From: an uncultured Chlamydiae bacterium
GTDB lineage: Bacteria > Chlamydiota > Chlamydiia > Chlamydiales > JAJFMA01
DNA length: 64,000 nucleotides
Assembly: GCA_963790215.1 (NCBI GenBank)
Contig: CAWBNS010000010.1
Location: 2,572 to 66,571, forward strand
Reading direction: 5' to 3'
Numbering within the stretch: the stretch's first letter is position 1; each line of letters begins with the position of its first letter. Positions 1-9,392 of the stretch are shown one piece after another. The translations under genes and the position numbers were made by a program. The notes beneath the pieces were generated by a model. It searched no databases and was not told the origin of the DNA. It saw only the letters and a list, made by a program, of their open reading frames with translations.

Positions 1-1395
1 TTTCGTTTTTTTGGGAGGAAAGTGCAACGGTGTTTCGTTGGCGATGTAAGCTGCCTCCAGCCATACCTCAGCGATGGTTGGATGGGCATGCACGGTTTCT
101 GTCAATGACTCGACAGTTAGCTCATTTGCAATCGCTACAGCCATTTCTGCCACCAGAGTAGAGGCTTCAAAACCGACCACCTGTGCGCCTAAAATTTGAC
201 CGGTTTTTCGGTCGGTCACCATTTGCGCATAGCCTTCGGTTTCGCCGGAGGCTTTAGATTTGCCCAACACATCAAACGGAAATGCGCCCACTGTAGCCTG
301 AAAACCCGCATCGAGAGCTTTTTCCAATGTCATGCCAACCGTCGCAATTTCTGGCACTGTGTACACCACCGCGGGAATGGCATTGTAATGCATCTTTGCC
401 GACTGGCCTGCGGCGTTCTTTGCCGCGACAAGGCCTTGATGCGAAGCCACATGAGCTAACCACCAATTACCCGTCACATCGCCAATGGCGTAGATATGTG
501 GAACATTGGTTCTCATATTATCGTCAGTAGGAATCTCGCCATCTGGCTTCAGCAATACACCACTCTGCTCGATGGCAATGTTATCTGTGTTACGTTTTCG
601 TCCTACGGCAACTAAGGCGATCGACGCGTTGACCTCTTTACCACCGGCTAATTTAACGCTCACACCATTACCTGTGCGGTCAATCTTTTGCACAGCCGCT
701 GTCGTAATCATCTGGATGCCTTGCTTGCGAAACGCTTTAGCTAACGCATCGCTGATGGCAACGCTTTCCAATGGCAGAATAGTCGGCATCGCCTCGATAA
801 CCGTAACCTCGACCCCAAAGGCGCGTAGCATAGAGGCAAATTCGCAGCCAATCACACCACCGCCGACAATCGCAATCGATTTGGGAAGTTCTGTACGTTT
901 AAGTAGGTCCGTAGAGCTTAAAGTGCGCTCACCATCAAATGGGAAGGCTGGAATACTTCTCGGTTCTGCCCCTGTTGCAATAATGATTTGGTCGGCTGTC
1001 AAAATGCAGTTATCCTCGCCGATCACTTTGATCTCATGCGGCGACATAAATTTGCCATAGCCCTTGATCACCTGCACGCCGTTAGAGCGAAGCAAACCGG
1101 TTAAGCCCTGACGTATGTCTGAGACAATTTTGTCCTTGCGAGCATTCATCTTGCCAAAGTCAAAACTGACCCCCGCCACAGTGATGCCGAACTCTTCTGC
1201 ATGCTGAATATGGCGCAAAGTTTCTGCGTGAGAGATCAAGGTTTTACTAGGAATACATCCGCGATTAAGGCAAGTACCGCCTAATTCAGCAGCTTCGACC
1301 AGCGCAACAGATTTTTTCAGTTGAGCTGCTTTGATCGCTGCCGGATATCCACCCGGACCACCACCTAACACAATGATATCGAATTTTTTTTCCAT
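1..1395 (-). CDS. lpdA: dihydrolipoyl dehydrogenase (E3); 3' end runs off the window
   Basis: Absent from the ORF track because there is no stop inside the window. Reverse translation from the ATG at 1395 gives MEKKFDIIVLGGGPGGYPAAIKAAQLKKSVALVEAAELGGTCLNRGCIPSK, with the FAD GxGxxG motif and redox CxxxxC. The frame stays open for 465 codons to base 1. Confidence 0.9.
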   Translation of the reverse strand, partial: MEKKFDIIVLGGGPGGYPAAIKAAQLKKSVALVEAAELGGTCLNRGCIPSKTLISHAETLRHIQHAEEFGITVAGVSFDFGKMNARKDKIVSDIRQGLTGLLRSNGVQVIKGYGKFMSPHEIKVIGEDNCILTADQIIIATGAEPRSIPAFPFDGERTLSSTDLLKRTELPKSIAIVGGGVIGCEFASMLRAFGVEVTVIEAMPTILPLESVAISDALAKAFRKQGIQMITTAAVQKIDRTGNGVSVKLAGGKEVNASIALVAVGRKRNTDNIAIEQSGVLLKPDGEIPTDDNMRTNVPHIYAIGDVTGNWWLAHVASHQGLVAAKNAAGQSAKMHYNAIPAVVYTVPEIATVGMTLEKALDAGFQATVGAFPFDVLGKSKASGETEGYAQMVTDRKTGQILGAQVVGFEASTLVAEMAVAIANELTVESLTETVHAHPTIAEVWLEAAYIANETPLHFPPKKTK

Positions 1396-1404
1396 CGACC
1401 TTCC

Positions 1405-1522
1405 TAAAGGCGCCCTTCCGAGCGCAAGTTTTTGTACGACTGGCTATGGACAAATCTGGACGATCTGGACGTACTGGACTAACTGGACAGGTTATGCCTG
1501 GAAGCATATTTTGTCCAGAAGG
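1405..1522. repeat. intergenic repeat, GCGCCCTTCCG...TTGTACGACTGG.TATGG.CAAATCTGGAC family
   Basis: Shares long identical blocks with 4160-4250. An inverted partner lies at 4405-4480, and related pieces lie at 28010-28075 and 42700-42740. It contains tandem CTGGAC units. Confidence 0.6.
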
Positions 1523-1555
1523 ATTATATTCAATCCACAAGTACTCTTGAAGCCA

Positions 1556-1711
1556 CTTTATGCATTTTTCGACGCAAAGGCGCAAAGACGCGAAGATTCG
1601 CAAAGACGGTCTAAAAGACATACAACTAAAATTTAAAATTAGTTAGTTTATAGAGAACTGTCTTTGCGAATCTTCGCGTCTTTGCGCCTTTGCGTCGAAA
1701 AATGCATAAAG
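1556..1711. repeat. long perfect hairpin (about 52 nt arms, about 52 nt loop)
   Basis: The left arm CTTTATGCATTTTTCGACGCAAAGGCGCAAAGACGCGAAGATTCGCAAAGAC is exactly complementary to the right arm ending at 1711. The left flank CTTGAAGCCACTT.ATGC recurs at 9110. Confidence 0.8.
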
Positions 1712-1728
1712 TGTGTCTCATTGACCTC

Positions 1729-2352
1729 CTAGTCCGTCTTTGCACTCTTCCGATTTCCCAAAGGAACCACCGTAAGCCCAAAGTTGCCTCGTCCTCTCCA
1801 ACCGACGTAGAAGCGCGTCTCTTTGCATCGGGTCCACAGTAGTCGTGTAGACACAAACGGTTTCCACCCGTGCAGAGCAAGATAAAAAGAAGGCCCTTCT
1901 CCGGCAAAAGTGACATGCGACTCAGGGTAATACTGCAACAGCTCACACTTTTCACGACTTAATCGACAGAGCACAAATGCGCTATTCGTACAGTGCGCAC
2001 TTCCGATGACATAAAAAAAGAAATTATGTAATGGATTGCGCAGATTCCAACACAGAGCTTTAGCCGGACTAGGCTCCCAGGTTGGACAATACTCGTTCGC
2101 TTCGCCAAAAATGCCATCGTCGTCGTTGCCAAAAAACGCCCACGTACACCAGTGTCCAGCATCATACCAACGGATCTGCGCCCTATGGCGCGGTATGACC
2201 TGGTACAGCCAGTGATCCGCTGCGCACACCTCTTGTGCGCAACACTCTTCAGAAACAAAGCAACGCGTGCTATACTTGTAAGGCACGCATGAGGTCATGG
2301 CCAAGCAACACAGCATTAAGATAGTAAGATGGTGTCTTGCAATCCTGATCAA
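1729..2352 (-). CDS. putative lipoprotein, Cys/Trp-rich, function unknown
   Basis: 207 aa ORF. The N-terminus LTILMLCCLAMTSC looks like a signal peptide with a lipobox. Confidence 0.55.
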   Translation of the reverse strand: MIRIARHHLTILMLCCLAMTSCVPYKYSTRCFVSEECCAQEVCAADHWLYQVIPRHRAQIRWYDAGHWCTWAFFGNDDDGIFGEANEYCPTWEPSPAKALCWNLRNPLHNFFFYVIGSAHCTNSAFVLCRLSREKCELLQYYPESHVTFAGEGPSFYLALHGWKPFVSTRLLWTRCKETRFYVGWRGRGNFGLTVVPLGNRKSAKTD

Positions 2353-2404
2353 ATCATGTCAAAATGAAACGAATGAAAAAAACAGGTATAACAGTCGGTT
2401 TGTT

Positions 2405-2878
2405 ATGAACGCAACACCAAAAAAGAGACTCTGTTGGAACTGCCACGGCGAAGTGCCTATGGTCGTACAAACTTGCCCATACTGCGGTGTTTACGTCGAA
2501 CAAACCGCACAGGCACAGACACACGAGGTCGAAGATCATGCCCCTCCGTATAGTCTGAATGCTCAGAGTAATACCTCCATTCCCGCATCACCCTTTGCGT
2601 TGCATACAGACGAATCAACCCACAATGCCAACATACAAGCATCCGAAGTTGCGGCTGTTGCCTTAAATGACGCCAAATCCGTCCTCCTGCCGATCACGTT
2701 TCTTCTCGCCGGATCGGTCTTTTTTCTTTTCGGACTCGTCATCGCGTTATTTTCGGAAGAAGGAACTCTTACCCTATCCTGGAACGGTGAGTACTGGTTT
2801 GCTTATCTGTTCGGTGGTGTCGCGTGCTTGCTATTTGGTTGGAGAGCCATCCAAGGAATCGACGAGCAGACTAGCTAG
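2405..2878 (+). CDS. zinc-ribbon membrane protein, function unknown
   Basis: Internal ATG of ORF 2297..2878. The product has CWNCHGEVPMVVQTCPYCG (a CxxC...CxxC ribbon) and two C-terminal hydrophobic helices. Confidence 0.55.
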   Translation: MNATPKKRLCWNCHGEVPMVVQTCPYCGVYVEQTAQAQTHEVEDHAPPYSLNAQSNTSIPASPFALHTDESTHNANIQASEVAAVALNDAKSVLLPITFLLAGSVFFLFGLVIALFSEEGTLTLSWNGEYWFAYLFGGVACLLFGWRAIQGIDEQTS

Positions 2879-2889
2879 AACTCGTTGAT

Positions 2890-4086
2890 TTAGTACATCA
2901 CACCGACAATATGTGTTTTGAAGATCCCTGTAGGAATGCTACCTAGATGGCAATGTACGGTTCGCTCATCCCCGTTGCGTGTTTTCAATGTAAGGGGGAA
3001 ATCGACTTGTGGGTTAGCTGACAAACGTATTAAAGCGCGCTTCCACTCAGTCAATGCATCGACAGATAGGGCAGGGAAGTTCTGTACAAACTTGTCAGGA
3101 CTCCAACCTAAAACGTCTCGCACCTGGTTATTCACAAACAGAAGACGATCTTCCTTCTGCGAATACAATAGAATCATTCCAGATGTTTCACTGCGCAAAC
3201 TATCGCAAAGCCGGCGTAGATCCAGCGTGTATCCATCAGCGGATAGGTCTCTGAAACGAGAAGAATCCCCAGCTAAATGCCTCGCACCAGTCAATTTTTG
3301 TGCAATGTCAATGCAGCGCTTCAACTGCTGCATCGCATCCACAGGTGATTGAGGACGTGCATCTGATAAGAGACCAGGCAAAGAAGGGTGTTCCGTGGTC
3401 GAGGCTTTTCCATTCTTCTTAGGTAGGAGGGTGGTGGGTGTGATTGGTGTTTGTTTAGGTGATCGTGAATTGTCGTCTATGTCTGTGTCGATGCGATCGG
3501 TGAGGTCTAGTAGCGTCTTGAGCTCGTACTTAAGATCGTTGGCTTTGCTTTCCAGCGAGGTGATCTGTTTCTGTTTCTTTTCGATGACTTGACGTTGATC
3601 CGCAATCGTTTGCTGATACTCTTCTAGGAGTGTGTTCTTACCACCGAGTTGATCGTCAGCAACGCGCTGATGAGCCGCTAACGTCTGCTCAAGATCATCA
3701 CAGCGCTGCAAGAGTTCACTTTTTTCATGTTGCAACTGTTTGATGTTTTTTAAGTCCGTTTGCAGTTGATCGGCTAATTCCGTTGATTGCTTCTCAAGTG
3801 ACTGCAGGCGGTCTACGAGTGATTGTTTGTCTGATAGATCTTCTGTGGTATAAGGAGTATGGAGCATAGGTTCTGGAGATGGAGGGGTATCTTTGGCTAG
3901 CGTAACCTCCCATGCCCTTAGAACCAGGTACAAGCCCGCAGAACTCAACATAACAGCGAATAGCCCTAGCGTCCAACGTCCCCACCCCGGCTGCGTCACA
4001 GCACCCAAAGCAAACAACGGCAGGAGGTAACTCAAAAAAAGTATGAGAATCACACGGAAACGTTGTTCAGAAGGCTTTCTCATCAA
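2890..4086 (-). CDS. Inc-like membrane protein with coiled coil and C-terminal PAS-like domain
   Basis: 398 aa. Two N-terminal hydrophobic segments are separated by a short loop (bilobed). A long heptad-rich Q/E/L/K region follows. The C-terminal roughly 100 aa resembles a PAS fold (LLFVNNQVRDVLGWSPDKF...TLKTRNGDERTVHCHLG). Confidence 0.6.
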   Translation of the reverse strand: MMRKPSEQRFRVILILFLSYLLPLFALGAVTQPGWGRWTLGLFAVMLSSAGLYLVLRAWEVTLAKDTPPSPEPMLHTPYTTEDLSDKQSLVDRLQSLEKQSTELADQLQTDLKNIKQLQHEKSELLQRCDDLEQTLAAHQRVADDQLGGKNTLLEEYQQTIADQRQVIEKKQKQITSLESKANDLKYELKTLLDLTDRIDTDIDDNSRSPKQTPITPTTLLPKKNGKASTTEHPSLPGLLSDARPQSPVDAMQQLKRCIDIAQKLTGARHLAGDSSRFRDLSADGYTLDLRRLCDSLRSETSGMILLYSQKEDRLLFVNNQVRDVLGWSPDKFVQNFPALSVDALTEWKRALIRLSANPQVDFPLTLKTRNGDERTVHCHLGSIPTGIFKTHIVGVMY

Positions 4087-4159
4087 ATATCAGCACCATT
4101 AGCATAACGTTCGCAGTATAGGCGCACAGGGCCTTTTTTTGAAGAAGAAAGGGGCCGTG

Positions 4160-4480
4160 GGACGGAGTGCGCCCTTCCGGGCGCAGGTGATTGTACGACT
4201 GGGTATGGGCAAATCTGGACTAACTGGACGATCTGGACAAGATATACTCAGTCTGCTGCTTGGTGCTGTCAGCCGAAAAAATGTCTGAACAATAGAAAAC
4301 CCTCTACGAGGGTTTTCCTTTCGCAACAAGTTTGCTATCAAATATATGCGCATCAAAAACTTATCTTAGCCTGATGCGTATGCCTACAGCGCCAGTCAAC
4401 AGACTGGGCATATTTTGTCCAGTTAGTCCAGATTTGTCCATACCCAGCCATACAATAACCTGCGTCCGTCAGGACGCCCC
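4160..4480. repeat. composite inverted repeat carrying a half MITE-like element
   Basis: The arms at 4160-4250 and 4405-4480 are mutually complementary (CAAATCTGGAC... / ...GTCCAGATTTG). The interior at 4300-4385 matches the right half of the 16140-16536 element. Confidence 0.6.
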
Positions 4481-4492
4481 CAGCTTGCAACT

Positions 4493-5830
4493 TTAAGAGG
4501 TTACCGGCTGAGGAAACTGCAAATGCTTCACGTCAAAAGAAGGCAAGCCACCTGCTCCACCTGCCGCATTGAAAATCTGACCAAGGTTAGTAAGAATGCT
4601 GTTGAGCATTTCTGTGGAATCCTTAGCGTTGTTAGCTGCTGATTGCGAAGTACTAACTAACTCTATCAAACCTTGAGAAGCGGTGAGAATTCTATTCTGC
4701 ATGTCTTTTTGCTGCTTCAACAAGTTTTCATGTTCTATGTTAGCCGCTTCGATTCTGATCAATTTATCATCTAGTTCTTTATGGCTATTTTTCAGGCTTT
4801 CCTCAGTGGTTGCTAAGCCAATTTGAGTTTTTTGTAGTTGCTCATTCAATCTCTTCGCTTCTTCATTCTGGCTTTTTAATTCCGCTGCTTGCTTTGAAAC
4901 TATCTGGCTAATATCTGTTTGTAAAGCATCTGCAAACTTTTTGAACTGGTTCACGTTTTGGTTTTGAACCTTGTCAATCGCAATTGTAGTGAGTTCCAGT
5001 GCACGTTCCACGTTATTGGTAATTGTTGCAATTGATTCTTTAGCTTCCTTGGTACTGGCGTTGCCTTGTTTCTCCAACTCTGCAGCACCCTTGGTAACCT
5101 CTTGGGCCAAAGCTGCTAGAAGAGATGTTTGCTCAACAAGGACTTTTTTGTTCTTGTCTAATCCGTTCAGATGATCTTCCAGAGTCTTAATCGATTTGTC
5201 GAGCTCGTCTCGTTGTCCTTTAAAACCTTCGACTTCGACACTGATACTCTTCCTTTCAGATTTTAAGTCATCGAGAAGCGTCTGGGCCTCGCTTTGCCTA
5301 TCTTCAAGACCTTTAACCTGTATATTAAGTGCTAGCAGGCTGTTATCCAGCTGCTTTTTGCTACTCTCTAAACCCGCAATCTCTGTTTTAAGGCTAGCAG
5401 ACGCTTCATTAAGGCTACCCACCTCGTTGCTGATTTGTCCTTTAACCACGTTGAGATCTTTGACTTCGACTTTAAGTTGCTCAGCTACTTTTCCTGCCTT
5501 CTCGACTTCCGTATTCAGTGCCGTGCGCGTGGTTTCAAGCCCGTCGACTTGAGTCCCCAGTTTTGTTACATTACCCGCTAATGCTTTACCTTCTTTTTCT
5601 AGCTTTGCGATGTGAAATTTTAGCTCTCCCAGATTGTAGAGGGAGACGGCGATATAAGTGAGGATAGTTCCAATAATGGCAAAGGCAGCCGCGACCTTAG
5701 GATCTCTGAAGATGGTCCTCGATACTCCTATCACGCATAACACTGTACCTGTACCAGCAACAATCTGCTGAGGGTGGGTTATGGCAAACAATGTAGCGTT
5801 CGTTGACGCTTTGAAAATTGGACTAAACAT
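4493..5830 (-). CDS. Inc-like protein: bilobed hydrophobic N-terminus plus long coiled coil
   Basis: 445 aa. VAGTGTVLCVIGVS...AAFAIIGTILTYIAVSLY forms two adjacent TM segments. The rest is heptad-like and rich in K/E/L/Q/N. Confidence 0.65.
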   Translation of the reverse strand: MFSPIFKASTNATLFAITHPQQIVAGTGTVLCVIGVSRTIFRDPKVAAAFAIIGTILTYIAVSLYNLGELKFHIAKLEKEGKALAGNVTKLGTQVDGLETTRTALNTEVEKAGKVAEQLKVEVKDLNVVKGQISNEVGSLNEASASLKTEIAGLESSKKQLDNSLLALNIQVKGLEDRQSEAQTLLDDLKSERKSISVEVEGFKGQRDELDKSIKTLEDHLNGLDKNKKVLVEQTSLLAALAQEVTKGAAELEKQGNASTKEAKESIATITNNVERALELTTIAIDKVQNQNVNQFKKFADALQTDISQIVSKQAAELKSQNEEAKRLNEQLQKTQIGLATTEESLKNSHKELDDKLIRIEAANIEHENLLKQQKDMQNRILTASQGLIELVSTSQSAANNAKDSTEMLNSILTNLGQIFNAAGGAGGLPSFDVKHLQFPQPVTS

Positions 5831-5894
5831 GTAACTATCCCCTTTTTTCTTATTCGAGAAATTAAATCACGATAATTAGGGATCGGGCCTTATT

Positions 5895-6788
5895 TTACAA
5901 GTCAATTACCTCTAGCGAGAGGGAGATAGAAGAAACAGTTAGTGTTGGTCGAACAGGAAATTTGGCACTTAGAGGCTGTATGGAGGCCCATGTACTATTT
6001 TTTTTACGAAATAAATGCCAACAATTTTGTTGGCTAGGGGCGTGATAATTCACACGAAGTGTGTGAGTGGAGGTCTGTAGAAGAATCTGCGCTTGCAATG
6101 GGTCCAGGATCGGATGAAAAGTCATATTGGCTTCGTCAGGCAGCTCTAGCTGTAAACGCGTGTTTGTGTAATTCCATTCTGTAGGCAGCGGGCTGCTTTC
6201 GAGTTTTTGCCATATCTTGTCGTCAACATTGGCTACAAGCGTTCCGTTGCCATCAGGTAGATGATAGCGATGGGCAAAGCCGACAATAGAATCACTATCA
6301 CTCACTACTGAGAGTGTGATTTGAAGGCCTTTTTCATTAAGTTGTGCCTCGCAGGTCATGCGAAAGTTCTGGTTTTCGATAAATCCTAGTGTGGTGCCGT
6401 TCCATTCTTGTTTTCCGGTGATGGCAGCGCTTACTGTATCTGGAGAGCTGTTGAGTATCTGCCATGGCGCATAGCGGCCTACACCGCTGTGAAAGAGGTC
6501 AGCAGCGTTGCGTTGCTGCATGCTGGCCACTTGAGGAAATAGCTCTAGATTGGGTACTTGAGGAATAACCTCAGACTTGCGATCGCCATAATGTGGCCCG
6601 ATGAGGCAGCCAAGACCGGCTCCCGTTTGCTCGAAGTCAGACCGCGTGCTCTGGTCGATGATTTCCAGATCTCCCTTTCGGAAGCTGGCGAGGTTCATGC
6701 CGCTGTTAGGCAGAAAGGTGGCTTCGTATGGGCCATGTTTCAGTACGATCGTGTCGACAGTAGTGTTAGACGGTTGTTCTATTGACAT
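5895..6788 (-). CDS. aldose 1-epimerase (galactose mutarotase-like) superfamily protein
   Basis: 297 aa. The motif spacing GPHYGDR ... HSGVGRYAPW ... GFAHRYHL resembles the mutarotase fold. This is motif-level recognition only. Confidence 0.5.
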   Translation of the reverse strand: MSIEQPSNTTVDTIVLKHGPYEATFLPNSGMNLASFRKGDLEIIDQSTRSDFEQTGAGLGCLIGPHYGDRKSEVIPQVPNLELFPQVASMQQRNAADLFHSGVGRYAPWQILNSSPDTVSAAITGKQEWNGTTLGFIENQNFRMTCEAQLNEKGLQITLSVVSDSDSIVGFAHRYHLPDGNGTLVANVDDKIWQKLESSPLPTEWNYTNTRLQLELPDEANMTFHPILDPLQAQILLQTSTHTLRVNYHAPSQQNCWHLFRKKNSTWASIQPLSAKFPVRPTLTVSSISLSLEVIDL

Positions 6789-7260
6789 AGGTACCTAACC
6801 AAAGAAGATAAGTAAGAATTGCGATGAGTACGAGTGTGGAGAACGATTCTTTTATAGGAAAGTTTTTTTGCAAAGTGGAGCGTGCAGGGCTGTCAGGATC
6901 ATACCAGACCTTCCAGGTTCTCTGTGGGTAGGTGGCGAGGTCTTCTTCTGCAGCCCACCGATTTCGGTAGGCTTGACTCAGTTCGGTCATTCCGGAATAG
7001 GTCACGTCACTGACAACGTAGGTGTAGTGACCGACGGGGAGGTAGCGCGTTCGGGAGACCTCTTGAAGCGTCCATTCGGTGCTAGTGGCTGCTGTGGAGG
7101 TTGTTTCGGTGTAGTAATAGTAGAGCTTCACCGCTGTCTTGGCTCCAAAAAACAGGGCGCTTGCACCTATTATGCCGATGAGTAAAAACCAGACTTTATT
7201 TGAATACATGCGAGGATCTCTTGAGAATTTTAGTAAACGATTCTGGGAGCGTTGATTCAA
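6766..7260 (-). CDS. membrane protein (TM, beta-rich domain, TM; DUF3592-like layout)
   Basis: 164 aa ORF. The more likely start is the ATG at 7209 (MYSNKVWFLLIGIIGAS). It overlaps the stop of the upstream pseudouridine synthase gene. Confidence 0.5.
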   Translation of the reverse strand: MNQRSQNRLLKFSRDPRMYSNKVWFLLIGIIGASALFFGAKTAVKLYYYYTETTSTAATSTEWTLQEVSRTRYLPVGHYTYVVSDVTYSGMTELSQAYRNRWAAEEDLATYPQRTWKVWYDPDSPARSTLQKNFPIKESFSTLVLIAILTYLLWLGTYVNRTTV

Positions 7261-8038
7261 AGGAGATGCGTTTTTTTGTTATGGGGTGTAGGAAGCTGAG
7301 TCGCCTTGCGTGAAGCAGTACGCGATTGGCTGGATCGGTCTGTGCGCCATATTTTTTGTCGCCTGCTACGGGATGACCGGCGTCACTGCAGTGTACGCGG
7401 ATTTGGTTCTTTTTTCCTGTATGTAGAGTCAAGCGCAGGTGGGTGTGACGAGGCGGCAGGAGGGCGATGCGCTCAAAGAGGGTCACAGCATGTTCTCCGC
7501 CGGTAGGATCGTCTGTGCTGTGTACATGATAATTGGCGTCTTCGTAGAGGTAGCTCTCCCAACGTCCCCTTGGCTCGGCTAATTTTCCCTCTATGATCGC
7601 TTCGTACTGACGGTCTATTTCATGTTTTTCAAAAATCTTTTTCAAGGCATCGCGCATGGGCTCGCTTAAGGCGAATACCAGTACACCCGAGGTGTCTTGA
7701 TCCAAACGGTGCACAACGTGCACGCGTTTGGGTCGAAAATGGTCCTTTAAGATGGCATGGACGGTCTTTTTGGTTTCAAAATTCGTCGCGACGGAGAGGA
7801 GTCCGCAAGGTTTTTCCACAGCGATGAAGTCGCGGTCTTGATAGAGGATCTTCAATCCGTGCGGCATGCGAACGGGTCGAGACGCCAATGTGATCTGGGC
7901 ATCGTCCGTTATTTCTTCATCAGAGCGTTTGGCTGGAGCATTATTGATGAGGATGCGTCCTTCCTTGATCCATGATCGTAGCGTAGCCTTGGAGCTATCT
8001 GGATAGAGTTCTTCGAGACGAGTGAGTAAGTGTGCCAT
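7196..8038 (-). CDS. RluA-family 23S rRNA pseudouridine synthase with N-terminal S4 domain
   Basis: 280 aa. It has the catalytic motif HRLDQDTSGVLVFA and an S4-like segment LRSWIKEGRILINN. Confidence 0.85.
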   Translation of the reverse strand: MAHLLTRLEELYPDSSKATLRSWIKEGRILINNAPAKRSDEEITDDAQITLASRPVRMPHGLKILYQDRDFIAVEKPCGLLSVATNFETKKTVHAILKDHFRPKRVHVVHRLDQDTSGVLVFALSEPMRDALKKIFEKHEIDRQYEAIIEGKLAEPRGRWESYLYEDANYHVHSTDDPTGGEHAVTLFERIALLPPRHTHLRLTLHTGKKNQIRVHCSDAGHPVAGDKKYGAQTDPANRVLLHARRLSFLHPITKKRISFESTLPESFTKILKRSSHVFK

Positions 8039-8131
8039 GGTCTGGTGTTCCTATTGTTTTGACTTATTATGGGTTGGCCGATATAATTTCTCTACTATAT
8101 CATTAAAACCAGGTAACAGACCAGAGGGATA

Positions 8132-8425
8132 ATGGCTCCAAAAGATGAAAAGAAACAGCAGAAGGCGCGCCGTCCTACTGCAGCTAAACGGGCTCTTCAA
8201 AGCGAAAAGCGCAACCTGCTTAATAGAACATTCAAGTCGCAAGTAAGAACCGCGATGCGTCATTTCGAAGAAGCGTCTAAGTCAGGTGACTCCACAGCGA
8301 TCACTTCACGCTTAAGCGAAGTGTACAGTCTCATGGATAAAGGTGTAAAAAGAGGCATCTATAAGGTCAATAAGGCCAGCCGCACCAAATCCCGCGTTAC
8401 ACGTAGTTTGACCGCGAAGGCGTAA
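8132..8425 (+). CDS. rpsT: 30S ribosomal protein S20
   Basis: 97 aa basic protein. KRALQSEKRNLLNRTFKSQVRTAMRHF is typical of S20. Confidence 0.9.
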   Translation: MAPKDEKKQQKARRPTAAKRALQSEKRNLLNRTFKSQVRTAMRHFEEASKSGDSTAITSRLSEVYSLMDKGVKRGIYKVNKASRTKSRVTRSLTAKA

Positions 8426-8440
8426 GCAAGCGCAATTACT

Positions 8441-8700
8441 CCGAGCCCGGGCCTCTCTTAATCCGAGCCCGAGCCCGAAAGTAAGTTTTTGTGATTATGC
8501 AATTGGTACAAGCTCATTACGACAGGAAGACCCTCGTAGAGGGTCTCTGAGTGTAGCCCACCGTGAACCTGCGAGCGTCAGCGAAGACAGGTGTAACGGT
8601 GGGAATAAGTGCACAATAGCCCCCGCACTCTCGAACGAGAGTGCCTCAGCTCGTTAATTGTAAACAGGTCTTATGCTACGGTTTTCGGGCCGGGCTCGTT
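8441..8700. repeat. CCGAGCCCG-type arms enclosing an inner fragment of the MITE-like family
   Basis: 8441-8480 (CCGAGCCCGGGCC...CCGAGCCCGAGCCCGAAA) is complementary to 8681-8700 (TTTCGGGCCGGGCTCG). The segment 8520-8650 matches the core of 16140-16536. Confidence 0.55.
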
Positions 8701-8709
8701 ATTGGACCT

Positions 8710-9009
8710 CTACTCGAATTCCACTTCTCTTGTGTAGTACTCAAATCCACCGCATTGTTTGGCGGCGAAGTTGTAGATCCACGCGAACATAGCTGAGAAG
8801 AGATACCCAAGCAGCCAAAAGACAAAAGGAATGAGTAAGATTGCCAAGAACTCCACATTGCGTGTGAGCAAAAAGGAGAGTATGGCTGTCGGTGTACAGA
8901 TCATTGCTGCAATCAGAAAGTTTAAAAGCCCTACCAAACGGCTCGAAGGGTGAACGGAGATATACGTGATTTGCTTTTTCAATTGCTCCTCCTGGGACGC
9001 CAGATACAT
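8710..9009 (-). CDS. small membrane protein, function unknown
   Basis: 99 aa with three hydrophobic segments. Confidence 0.45.
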   Translation of the reverse strand: MYLASQEEQLKKQITYISVHPSSRLVGLLNFLIAAMICTPTAILSFLLTRNVEFLAILLIPFVFWLLGYLFSAMFAWIYNFAAKQCGGFEYYTREVEFE

Positions 9010-9140
9010 ATGGGGTCAATCTAGCCATTTCAGGATTTTGTGCAAAATAAAATATTGTCTTTGATCTCTGTACACGACAAAAATTGATAGTATATCCTGC
9101 CTAAAGTTCATCTTGAAGCCACTTCATGCTTTTTTTAACG

Positions 9141-9337
9141 CAGAGCAAGACAGTTCCTTCGGCCCCCCCTTACTGAGAAATAACGAATATGAGCCTCTCT
9201 GTGTACTCTGTGACCTCTGTGGTAAAATTTTGAAAAAGCATTGAAAGATTAATCACCACAGAGATCACAGAGTACACAGAGAGGCTCATATTCGTTATTT
9301 TCTGGTAAGGAGACCGAAGGAACTGTCTCGCTGTGTA
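9141..9337. repeat. long imperfect hairpin
   Basis: The arm CAGAGCAAGACAGTTCCTTCGG...GAGCCTCTCTGTGTACTCTGTGA.CTCTGTGGT is mirrored by ACCACAGAGATCACAGAGTACACAGAGAGGCTC...CCGAAGGAACTGTCTCGCTGTG. Confidence 0.75.
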
Positions 9338-9392
9338 AAAAAAAAGAAAATGAACTTGCTATTCAATTTTTGTCGTTTACGTAGATCTTTGA

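Noticed and set aside
506-1060. A 184 aa plus-strand ORF at the window start, plus 196..459 and 327..530.
   Set aside because: These are antisense to the clearly recognisable lpdA frame and have low-complexity, non-protein-like composition.
1286-1636. ORFs 1286..1621 (-) and 1331..1636 (+), and the similar 4099..4356 (-).
   Set aside because: They run through intergenic repeat families (CTGGAC units and hairpin arms) or antisense to the lpdA 5' end. They show no coding features.
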